From sequence record SRR2962707_1149: a stretch of 37,602 bases of DNA; one strand, 5' to 3'. Positions 1 through 8,250 of the stretch are shown piece after piece. Each line of letters opens with the position of its first letter. The stretch's first letter is position 1. Under the pieces are notes generated by a model, which did not search any database, was not told where the DNA came from, and was given only the letters and a program-made list of their open reading frames with translations. A program made the translations under genes and the position numbers.

Positions 1-61
1 AGTGGTTACGCAGCGGATTGCAAATCCGTGAACTCCGGTTCGATTCCGGACGAGGCCTCCA
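1..61 (+). tRNA. tRNA-Cys(GCA), 5'-truncated by the window edge
   Basis: D-loop remnant AGTGGTTA; anticodon arm GCGGA-TTGCAAA-TCCGT with GCA at 20-22; T-arm CCGGTTCGATTCCGG; encoded CCA at 59-61. Confidence 0.96.
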
Positions 62-134
62 TACATTTTTATATTTATGTATAATTGTGTGATATGTTGT
101 TGGTGATACGAACACGAGCCGCAGAGAACGATCG

Positions 135-806
135 ATGGTCGATAATTTTACTGAATTGCGCCGCGCAATGGTTGATAGTCAAGTTCGCACAACGGATGTG
201 ACAGAGCCACGATTGATCGAAGCGATGTTTGAAATTCCGCGTGAGGAATTCGTTCCTGAAAATCTCAAGCGCCTTGCTTATATCGACGAAGATATCCGCG
301 TTAGTGTTCACAATGGTGTCTCTCGCTATTTGATGGAGCCATCTCCCTTCGCAAAGCTTGCGCAATTGGCTGACATTAAAGCCCATGATCTTGTGCTCGA
401 TGTGGGATGTGCCTCTGGCTATTCTTCCGCTGTTTTCTCAAAGCTTTGTGATGCGGTGATTGCGCTTGAATGCGATGAAGATTTAGCAGCTAAAACAACT
501 GACACATTAAGCGGTCTTGGCTATGACAGTGTTGTCGTGGTTACAGGCGCTCTCAATGAAGGCTTTGCGAGCGAAGGCCCTTATGATGTGATCTTTGTTG
601 GCGGTGCTGTTGACGAAGTGCCTGAAGCTTTGCTTGCCCAGCTTAAAACGGGTGGCCGCATGGCGGTTGTTGAAGGGCGTGGTACAACAGCTTTTGCTAA
701 GCTTTATGTGAAAGACGCTGAAGGCCTTGTTTCTAGCCGCAAGACATTCAACCTGTCACTCAAGCCATTGCCCGGCTTTGAAAAAGCTGTTGAATTCGCT
801 CTCTAA
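135..806 (+). CDS. pcm: Protein-L-isoaspartate O-methyltransferase family protein (alphaproteobacterial copy upstream of tolC)
   Basis: 223 aa; N-terminal RRAMVDSQVRT...PREEFVP; SAM motif VLDVGCASGYSSA; GPYDVIFVGGA; QLKTGGR. Confidence 0.88.
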   Translation: MVDNFTELRRAMVDSQVRTTDVTEPRLIEAMFEIPREEFVPENLKRLAYIDEDIRVSVHNGVSRYLMEPSPFAKLAQLADIKAHDLVLDVGCASGYSSAVFSKLCDAVIALECDEDLAAKTTDTLSGLGYDSVVVVTGALNEGFASEGPYDVIFVGGAVDEVPEALLAQLKTGGRMAVVEGRGTTAFAKLYVKDAEGLVSSRKTFNLSLKPLPGFEKAVEFAL

Positions 807-845
807 TTATGATTCTCGGGTAAAGCTGAGTTGACGTGCACGGCA

Positions 846-854
846 TGTGGATAA
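846..854. promoter_or_regulatory. Consensus DnaA box (TGTGGATAA, reverse complement of TTATCCACA) flanked by an 8-bp inverted repeat
   Basis: GCACGGCA(838-845)-TGTGGATAAG-TGCCGTGC(856-863) in the pcm-tolC intergenic region. Confidence 0.4.
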
Positions 855-909
855 GTGCCGTGCCGTGACAAATAGCGTCTATTTGATATGCCAGTTTGTC
901 GCACGGGCC

Positions 910-932
910 GTTGTTTTATGGCAACAAGGTGC
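910..932. promoter_or_regulatory. Putative transcription-factor site shared with the fadL upstream region
   Basis: GTTG-TTTTATG-GCAACAAGGTGC; same spacing and identical 12-mer as 6540-6562. Confidence 0.45.
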
Positions 933-1064
933 ACCATTTGTAAAAAATAATGGTTTTTTAACTTGTAATTTGCCCCTTAAATACCCCAATAAGACCGCAA
1001 CGGCACTGTGTAATTCTTCACCGGTGTTTGTGAGCAAATTTGCTTCTATCCGTGTGAGATTTTT

Positions 1065-2426
1065 ATGTTGAGATCATTTGTTACTGCCGCCACAGTCGCT
1101 TCCCTATTGGCTTTTACTTTGCCTGCTCAGGCAGATGAAAATATTTACGGGGCACTTTCAAGCGCTTACGAGCAAAACTCATCTCTTAATTCTGCCCGCG
1201 CAGGCCTTCGCGCGACAGACGAAAATGTGCCTTTGGCAAAATCTGGCTATCGTCCACGGGTAACGGGTTCTGCTGGTATTACCAATTCTTCTTCATCTTC
1301 GACTTTGGGCGGTCTTGGCGTTACTTCAACAAGCTTCGGCATTACGATAACTCAGTCGATTTTTGATGGATTCCAGACACGCAGCAATGTGCGCGCAGCG
1401 CAGGCTGGTGTTCGCGCTGAACGGGCGAACTTGCGCAATACAGAGCAAAATACGCTTTTTGATGCTGCTCAAGCCTATATGGATGTCTTGCAGAACAGAC
1501 AAATTGCAGCACTTCGTGCGCAAAACTTGAATTCACTGCGTGAGCAAGTGCGCTCGGAGCGCGCGCGCTTTGATGTGGGCGAGGGCACACGTACCGATGT
1601 TGCGCAAGCGCAAGCCAGCCTAGCGCAGGCGCAGGCGCTTCTGAGTTCTGCACAAGCGCAAGTTATTTCTTCTGAAGCTTCCTATTTTGAAATTGTTGGT
1701 CACCAGCCTGGCAAATTGGTTTTTCCGAAACCTTTGTCAAAGCAATTGCCAAAATCGATAGCAGCTGCGGAATCTCTCGCATTTTCAAATCATCCGGCAA
1801 TCCAAGTGCGTGAAGCGCTGGTGGATTCTGGTTTGTTCAGCGTGAAAGCTGCCGAAGGCGCTTTTTACCCGCAGATCGGGCTGAGTGCATCTGTTGCTCA
1901 GACTACAACGGATTCAAATGCTGGTCACTCCAACGGAACGCGGGCATCAATTGGTGTTGAACTTTCAGTGCCGATTTATTCGGGCGGCCAAGCGTCTGCT
2001 ACTGTGCGCCAAAAGAAAGAGCAGCTCGGACAGGCTAGGCTCAACATTAATGTGGCACGCGATCAAGTCCGCAGCGCGGTTGTTTCTGCCTTTACACAAT
2101 TAGAAGCGTCACGCGCATCGGTTAATGCCAACCAAGAAGCCGTTCGTGCGGGTCAACTGGCTTTGAACGGCGTTGTTGAAGAGCGCGATGTTGGCCAGCG
2201 CACGACGCTAGATGTTTTGAACTCACGCTCAGGTGTTTTGAATGCGCAGATTGCTTTGATTCAAGCACAGCGTAACCTTGTCGTATCGAGCTATGCCCTT
2301 GCATCAGCGGTTGGACGTTTGGATGCCGACAATCTTGGCCTTAAAGTGAAACGCCATGATCCTGAAGCGCATTACCAAGCGGTTGAAGATAAGTGGTTTG
2401 GCCTGCGCACGCCCGACGAACAATAA
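1065..2426 (+). CDS. tolC: TolC family type I secretion/efflux outer-membrane protein
   Basis: 453 aa; signal peptide ending AQA; two OEP repeats (ARFDVGEGTRTDVAQA; ERDVGQRTTLDVLN); located between pcm and popZ. Confidence 0.93.
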   Translation: MLRSFVTAATVASLLAFTLPAQADENIYGALSSAYEQNSSLNSARAGLRATDENVPLAKSGYRPRVTGSAGITNSSSSSTLGGLGVTSTSFGITITQSIFDGFQTRSNVRAAQAGVRAERANLRNTEQNTLFDAAQAYMDVLQNRQIAALRAQNLNSLREQVRSERARFDVGEGTRTDVAQAQASLAQAQALLSSAQAQVISSEASYFEIVGHQPGKLVFPKPLSKQLPKSIAAAESLAFSNHPAIQVREALVDSGLFSVKAAEGAFYPQIGLSASVAQTTTDSNAGHSNGTRASIGVELSVPIYSGGQASATVRQKKEQLGQARLNINVARDQVRSAVVSAFTQLEASRASVNANQEAVRAGQLALNGVVEERDVGQRTTLDVLNSRSGVLNAQIALIQAQRNLVVSSYALASAVGRLDADNLGLKVKRHDPEAHYQAVEDKWFGLRTPDEQ

Positions 2427-2432
2427 TTTTAG

Positions 2433-2466
2433 AAACGCCGTAAACTGAAGCTTTGCGGCGTTTTTT
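2433..2466 (+). terminator. Rho-independent terminator after tolC
   Basis: AAACGCCGTAAA-ctgaagc-TTTGCGGCGTTT followed by a T run. Confidence 0.8.
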
Positions 2467-2602
2467 ATTGCGCGGTACTTCATAAATTGTGGGTTTCGCT
2501 TCAAATTCTCCCAGAACGATTCTCTTTTGCACTTCGATCGTCTACGATGGTGAGGTGATTCGGGGAAAATCGGCAAATTGTTGGGACGATAAAGTGGGTC
2601 AA

Positions 2603-3400
2603 ATGACGCAGACAAAGGCGGTTCAAGATCAGCCCTCGATGGAAGAAATCTTGGCGTCTATTCGCAGGATTATCAATGATGGTAAGCAAGATGGCTTGCC
2701 TGTAACGCCTAGCAAAGCTGCTATTGCCAATGATGATGTTGCCGATATCGTTGTGGCCGAGACCACGCGAGCGCCTTCTTTTCTCGACAGAAGCCCTATC
2801 CTAAAAGCACCTGTCGCAAAGCCTGAAGAAGTCTCTTCTGAACCTGAATTGGGCATACCAGAGCTTGATAGCTTTCTGGAAAGTTTGGATGCGAAGCATT
2901 CAGCTTCTAAGTTTGAGGAGATTGTTTCTTCAAGCGATGATGTTGTTGCTATGGACGTTGATCCAGCGCCATCTGCACTCAGCGAAGACGATGCGTCCAT
3001 TTCGGTTATTGATGATGCGATTGCAGAAGCGCAGAATATTTCGCGCGGGACCAATAAATACGAATCGCGCTTTTCACAAACAGATCGCAATGCTTTTGCA
3101 AAAGTAGGAGATGCACTTTCAGCATCAACTTCTGAAGATCGTGTTGATGATGAATTGATGGACGTTCCAACAACGCCGCGACTTAACAATCAGCTGGTTT
3201 CAGACAATACACGCGGCGCCATTGGTATGTCGTTTGAAAGCCTTTCGCATAGTCTGCTCAAAGAAGTAGGCCGTGACCTGCCGCAAATGACAGAAGATAT
3301 GCTCAAGCCTATGCTTGCTGATTGGCTCGATAATAATCTCCCATCAATGGTCGAACGCCTTGTTCGCGCCGAAATTGAGCGGATTGCCCGCGGTAATTAA
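2603..3400 (+). CDS. popZ: Polar organizing protein PopZ (DUF2497)
   Basis: ATG at 2603 (the ORF track extends further upstream); N-terminal QPSMEEILASIRRII; acidic disordered middle; C-terminal LKPMLADWLDNNLPSMVERLVRAEIERIAR. Confidence 0.92.
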   Translation: MTQTKAVQDQPSMEEILASIRRIINDGKQDGLPVTPSKAAIANDDVADIVVAETTRAPSFLDRSPILKAPVAKPEEVSSEPELGIPELDSFLESLDAKHSASKFEEIVSSSDDVVAMDVDPAPSALSEDDASISVIDDAIAEAQNISRGTNKYESRFSQTDRNAFAKVGDALSASTSEDRVDDELMDVPTTPRLNNQLVSDNTRGAIGMSFESLSHSLLKEVGRDLPQMTEDMLKPMLADWLDNNLPSMVERLVRAEIERIARGN

Positions 3401-3528
3401 GCCCAGTTGCCTTGTTTAGACCATTCAATAGTGTTGGCTTGTTGACAGGCGGGCGTGCATCCGATTTATCCAGAGCCAATAATCATGACGTTTGACCGCT
3501 TGGTCTTTTGTAAGTTTTTGGATTTTTG

Positions 3529-6468
3529 ATGTTAGAAAAAACTTTTGATGCTGCTTCAGTCGAGCCGCAAATTGCAAAAAAATGGGATGAAGCCAATGCC
3601 TTCGCGGCAGGCGCTGGCGCACGTGAAGGTGCGAACCCTTACTGCATCGTTATTCCACCGCCAAACGTCACCGGTTCGCTGCATATGGGCCATGCGCTCA
3701 ACAATACGCTGCAGGACATTATGATCCGCTATAAGCGTATGCTTGGTGAAAATGTGCTTTGGCAACCAGGTATGGACCATGCGGGCATTGCCACGCAGAT
3801 GGTGGTTGAGCGCAAGCTTGCCGCTGAAGGCCAGCCAACACGCCGCGAAATGGGCCGTGAAGCCTTTATCGAGAAAGTTTGGGAATGGAAGAATGAGTCT
3901 GGCGGGACGATCTTCAACCAGCTTAAACGCCTTGGTGCATCATGCGACTGGTCGCGTGAACGCTTCACCATGGACGAGGGACTGTCTGCCGCTGTTCAGG
4001 AAGTTTTCGTAACGCTTTTCAATGAAGGTCTGATTTATCGCGGCAAACGCCTCGTCAACTGGGATCCAAAATTTGAAACGGCGATTTCCGATCTCGAAGT
4101 GGAGAATGAGGAAGTTGACGGCCATATGTGGCACTTCAAATATCCGCTCGCCGATGGTGCAACATATGAATATGTCGAGAAGGATGAGGACGGCAACGAG
4201 ACCTTGCGCGAGACCCGCGATTATATCTCAATTGCCACCACACGCCCAGAAACCATGCTCGGTGATGGTGCTGTGGCCGTTCATCCAACCGACGAGCGCT
4301 ATGCCTCAATCGTTGGCAAATTGTGTGAAATTCCCGTTGGTCCAAAAGAGCACCGCCGCTTAATTCCAATCATCACGGATGAATATCCTGATAAGGATTT
4401 TGGCTCTGGCGCGGTTAAAATCACTGGCGCGCACGACTTTAACGACTATCAAGTTGCTAAGCGCAACAACATTCCGATGTATCGCCTGATGGATAACGTT
4501 GCAGCGATGCGCGCTGATGGCGAGCCTTATGCGGATGAAGCGGCGAAAGCCAAAGCAATTGTCGAAACAGGCGATTTGCCGAGCGAAGCGCATGTGGACA
4601 CTATTAATTTGGTGCCAGATGAATATCGCGGACTTGATCGCTTTGAAGCGCGCAAAAAAGTGATTGCTGACATTAATGCTGAAGGCTTGGCCGTTATGAC
4701 GACAGTCATGGTCAAAGACGATGAAGGCAATGAGCACGAAGAAAGTGTGCCTTACGTCGAGAACAAGAAAATTATGCAGCCTTTTGGGGACCGCTCGAAA
4801 GTGGTTATCGAACCGATGTTGACTGACCAATGGTTTGCCGATGCGGAAACGCTGGCGAAACCCGCATTGGCTTCGGTCAAAGAAGGTCGCACGAACTTTG
4901 TGCCGAAAACGTGGGAAAATACTTACTTTAACTGGATGGAAAATATCCAGCCTTGGTGTATTTCACGCCAGCTTTGGTGGGGACACCAAATTCCGGCATG
5001 GTATGGACCGGATGGCCGCGTATTCGTGGCTAAAAATGAAGGTTTGGCGCTAGAAGAAGCGATCCAATATTATATTTCTCATGAAGGGCCTTGGAAGGCT
5101 TGGGTTGAGAACAAAATTGAAGCTTTTGAAACCGAAAGCATTCTTGAGCGCGATCCAGACGTTTTGGACACATGGTTTTCGTCGGCGCTTTGGCCGTTTT
5201 CCACACTTGGCTGGCCTGAAAAAACCAAAGAGCTAGAAGCCTATTATCAGACCGATGTTTTGGTGACTGGTTTTGATATCATTTTCTTCTGGGTTGCCCG
5301 TATGATGATGATGGGCCTTCACTTTATGAAGGATGAGGACAATCATCCCGTCGAGCCATTCCACACCGTTTATGTCCATGCGCTGGTGCGTGACAAGGAC
5401 GGACAGAAAATGTCCAAGTCCAAGGGCAATGTGATCGATCCGCTCGATTTGATGGATGAATATGGCACCGATGCGCTGCGCTTTACGCTGGCGATTATGG
5501 CCGCTCAGGGCCGTGATGTGCGCCTCGATACGGACCGCATTGCTGGCTATCGCAATTTTGGCACCAAACTTTGGAATGCGACGCGCTTTGCACAGATGAA
5601 CGGCGTTGCGCGCGATCCAAACTTTAAGCCAGAAGATGCAAAACTGCCGGTCAACCGCTGGATTTTGACAGAGCTAACTAAAGCGGTGCGCGAAGTATCG
5701 ACGGGTATTGATACCTATCGCTTTAATGATGCGGCTTCAGGGGCTTATAAGTTCGTTTGGAACAATTTCTGCGATTGGTATCTCGAATTGCTGAAACCGG
5801 TTTTCCAAGGCGAGGACGAAGCGGCGAAAAAAGAGGCGCAAGCCTGCGGCGCCTATGTGCTGGATGAGATTTACAAACTTCTGCATCCGTTTATGCCGTT
5901 TATGACCGAAGAACTTTGGTCGCTGACGGCTGATGATCGCGACACGCTTTGTTGTCACGCATCTTGGCCTGTCGCTACGTTTGAGGACAATGCGGCTGCC
6001 GATGAAGTCAACTGGCTAATTGAGCTTGTGACGGGACTTCGTTCAGTGCGTGCGGAAATGAATGTTCCGCCATCTGCCAAAGCGCCTTTGGTGTTTGTTG
6101 ATGCCGGGGAATTGACCAAAGGGCGTGTTGAACGCCAAGGATCTGCAATCCAATGGCTCGGCCGCGTTGAAGAGATCTCCATGGCGGACAATGCGCCAGA
6201 AGGTAGCGCGCAAATTGTCGTGGGTGAGGCGACTGCATGTCTTCCACTTGGTAGCTTGGTGGATGTAGCCGCTGAAACGGCACGCATCGAAAAAGCCATT
6301 GCAAAAGTGCGCGGTGACATGGCCAAAATTGAAGGCAAATTGAACAATGAGAAGTTCGTTGCCAATGCGAAACCTGAAGTCGTGGCCGCTGAGCGGGATA
6401 AGCTAGAGGAGTTTAAACCCGTAATTGCAAACCTCGAATCAGCGCTAGAGCGGGTTAAATCTCTCTGA
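3529..6468 (+). CDS. valS: Valine--tRNA ligase
   Basis: PPPNVTGSLHMGHA (HIGH), WCISRQLWWGH, KMSKSKGN, C-terminal coiled coil; ATG at 3529. Confidence 0.98.
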   Translation: MLEKTFDAASVEPQIAKKWDEANAFAAGAGAREGANPYCIVIPPPNVTGSLHMGHALNNTLQDIMIRYKRMLGENVLWQPGMDHAGIATQMVVERKLAAEGQPTRREMGREAFIEKVWEWKNESGGTIFNQLKRLGASCDWSRERFTMDEGLSAAVQEVFVTLFNEGLIYRGKRLVNWDPKFETAISDLEVENEEVDGHMWHFKYPLADGATYEYVEKDEDGNETLRETRDYISIATTRPETMLGDGAVAVHPTDERYASIVGKLCEIPVGPKEHRRLIPIITDEYPDKDFGSGAVKITGAHDFNDYQVAKRNNIPMYRLMDNVAAMRADGEPYADEAAKAKAIVETGDLPSEAHVDTINLVPDEYRGLDRFEARKKVIADINAEGLAVMTTVMVKDDEGNEHEESVPYVENKKIMQPFGDRSKVVIEPMLTDQWFADAETLAKPALASVKEGRTNFVPKTWENTYFNWMENIQPWCISRQLWWGHQIPAWYGPDGRVFVAKNEGLALEEAIQYYISHEGPWKAWVENKIEAFETESILERDPDVLDTWFSSALWPFSTLGWPEKTKELEAYYQTDVLVTGFDIIFFWVARMMMMGLHFMKDEDNHPVEPFHTVYVHALVRDKDGQKMSKSKGNVIDPLDLMDEYGTDALRFTLAIMAAQGRDVRLDTDRIAGYRNFGTKLWNATRFAQMNGVARDPNFKPEDAKLPVNRWILTELTKAVREVSTGIDTYRFNDAASGAYKFVWNNFCDWYLELLKPVFQGEDEAAKKEAQACGAYVLDEIYKLLHPFMPFMTEELWSLTADDRDTLCCHASWPVATFEDNAAADEVNWLIELVTGLRSVRAEMNVPPSAKAPLVFVDAGELTKGRVERQGSAIQWLGRVEEISMADNAPEGSAQIVVGEATACLPLGSLVDVAAETARIEKAIAKVRGDMAKIEGKLNNEKFVANAKPEVVAAERDKLEEFKPVIANLESALERVKSL

Positions 6469-6478
6469 CCAACTGAAA

Positions 6479-6524
6479 TGTGTCCGAAAATGGATTTTTA
6501 AAGGCCAAATTCGGGCACGTTTTT
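6479..6524 (+). terminator. Possible terminator hairpin after valS
   Basis: GTGTCCGAA...TTCGGGCAC imperfect stem with a long loop, followed by GTTTTT. Confidence 0.4.
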
Positions 6525-6538
6525 ATATTTATGTTAAC

Positions 6539-6562
6539 TGTTGCTATTCTGCAACAAGGTGC
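6539..6562. promoter_or_regulatory. Palindromic site TGTTGC-N6-GCAACA plus AGGTGC upstream of the fadL-like gene
   Basis: Perfect 6-bp inverted repeat; 12-mer GCAACAAGGTGC also present upstream of tolC (921-932). Confidence 0.5.
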
Positions 6563-6793
6563 GAAATCGCGTTATTTCCCGCAATTTTGAAGTATTTTAG
6601 GGCTGTTTTTGGCGAATAAATTATTTTTTTGTCGAAAAAGATGAAGCCCCTGATGAATTTGGTGGTTTTTTAGATTACGTGGCACCATACATTACGCAAC
6701 GTAAATCTACGTAACTTTTGTGCGTTCGCAAAATCCCCTTGAACTTTTGACCGAGTGTAAGGCAATATTAGCCTAACACGTGTGGAGGGTTAC

Positions 6794-8008
6794 ATGAATA
6801 ATTCAATAAAGAAGGTTGTGCTTGGTCTTGCAGGTGCAACTATTTTGGCTGCTTCGGCTCAAGCGGGAGGCTTTAGCCGCGGAACAGCAGATACGGACAT
6901 CTTGTTCGAAGAAGGCAATTTCAATATGCGCATGGGCGCGACCATAGTGGCACCGAAGCGCACTTATGCGACTGTTGGAGTAAACCCAGGGACAGATGGT
7001 AACCATACCGACACTTATGTTGTTCCATCAATGGCTATGAAGTTGAACGCTACTGATTATTTGCGCTGTGCGGGCACAACTGTTGAAACATTTGGTGGTG
7101 ACGGCACCTACGGTCAACAAATGGTTGATGCTGGTATTGCGGCGCAGTCGGGAGATGGTGGCACACCGTCTGCTACCGAAAGCGTACACTTCAGCACAAT
7201 GGAAATTGGGCTAACGTGCGGATATAAGGCTGACCTTTCTAAAGGCAATTTGTGGGTGATTGGTGGTATTTTTAATCAGTCAATTGATTATACCGAGGTA
7301 AAGGCTGTCGTTAGTGCGGCGTCTGGATTGAAGGGAAGTCTTTCCTTGAATGATAATACGGCGCTAGGCTATCGCATAGGCCTTGCTTATGAAATCCCAG
7401 AAATTGCGCTTCGTGTTCAAGGACTATACCGTTCGGGAGTTAGTTATGATCTTACGGGTGTTGGAACGTCGCCGTTTGCTGCAAATACAGTTGCAAATGG
7501 AAGTGCGAAGTTTCCTCAAAGTTTTGAGTTAAAGGCTCAAACTGGTGTGGCACCTGGTTGGCTCGTTTATGGTTCTGTGAAGTGGACTGATTGGAGCGTT
7601 TTCGACGTCCTGAAATACGATACTGATATTGCCACCGCCGGAACCGATCAAAAAGAGTTTTTCTATAGAGACGGTTGGACTGTAAGCGGTGGTGTTGGTC
7701 ACAAATTTAATGATACAGTGTCTGGTTCATTGGGTTTGACTTGGGACCGCGGCGTTGGAACGACTGAAGATGTAACCAATGATTCTTGGATTGTTTCTGG
7801 TGGCCTTGCAATCAATGACAGTTTAGGCGGTCAATTCCGCATTGGTGCCGGTGTAAGCTATCTAGAAGGTGGCTCAGTTGCCCAAGCCGCGAACTGCGGC
7901 GGCGGTCTTCCTGGGGATTGCGGTGATGGAGTAGGTTCTGACGTTGCTTACACAATCGACGGAAGCTTCGCCTATGCACTAAATTTTGGATACTCGATCA
8001 AGTTCTAA
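6794..8008 (+). CDS. fadL: OmpP1/FadL family outer-membrane beta-barrel (long-chain fatty-acid/hydrophobic compound transporter)
   Basis: RBS GGAGG at 6784-6788, ATG at 6794; signal peptide ending AQA; mature N-terminus GGFSRGTADTDILFE; PQSFELKAQTGVAPGWL, WTDWS and YRDGWT motifs; terminal Phe. Confidence 0.82.
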   Translation: MNNSIKKVVLGLAGATILAASAQAGGFSRGTADTDILFEEGNFNMRMGATIVAPKRTYATVGVNPGTDGNHTDTYVVPSMAMKLNATDYLRCAGTTVETFGGDGTYGQQMVDAGIAAQSGDGGTPSATESVHFSTMEIGLTCGYKADLSKGNLWVIGGIFNQSIDYTEVKAVVSAASGLKGSLSLNDNTALGYRIGLAYEIPEIALRVQGLYRSGVSYDLTGVGTSPFAANTVANGSAKFPQSFELKAQTGVAPGWLVYGSVKWTDWSVFDVLKYDTDIATAGTDQKEFFYRDGWTVSGGVGHKFNDTVSGSLGLTWDRGVGTTEDVTNDSWIVSGGLAINDSLGGQFRIGAGVSYLEGGSVAQAANCGGGLPGDCGDGVGSDVAYTIDGSFAYALNFGYSIKF

Positions 8009-8028
8009 TCTTCGAATTAGTGAAAATA

Positions 8029-8059
8029 GAAACCCGCTGACGTTGTCAGCGGGTTTTTT
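8029..8059 (+). terminator. Rho-independent terminator after fadL
   Basis: AAACCCGCTGAC-gtt-GTCAGCGGGTTT followed by TTT. Confidence 0.88.
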
Positions 8060-8250
8060 GCACTCTAAATTTTGTGTTCGTTTAGTAACCGTATTTTCAG
8101 TCGAGCCAATTCTGTGACGATTCAGCAACAGTCTTGGTTTAATAAAACTGTTAAAGAGATTGAGGCAGTTTCGCCAATATCCCGCCATAAACGGGGCGCA
8201 CTTGTTTCTACGCGCACCTGATGGGTGACAAAATAAAGGTCTTAGAATTC

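Noticed and set aside
847-1071. 74-aa ORF between pcm and tolC
   Set aside because: GTG start without an RBS, atypical composition, and it spans the putative tolC regulatory region
6680-6696. TGGCAC resembling a sigma54 -24 element upstream of fadL
   Set aside because: The required GC at -12 is absent (the position reads TA)
8139-8154. TTAA...TTAA upstream of ilvD as a CtrA site
   Set aside because: The spacer is 8 nt rather than 7, in an AT-rich context
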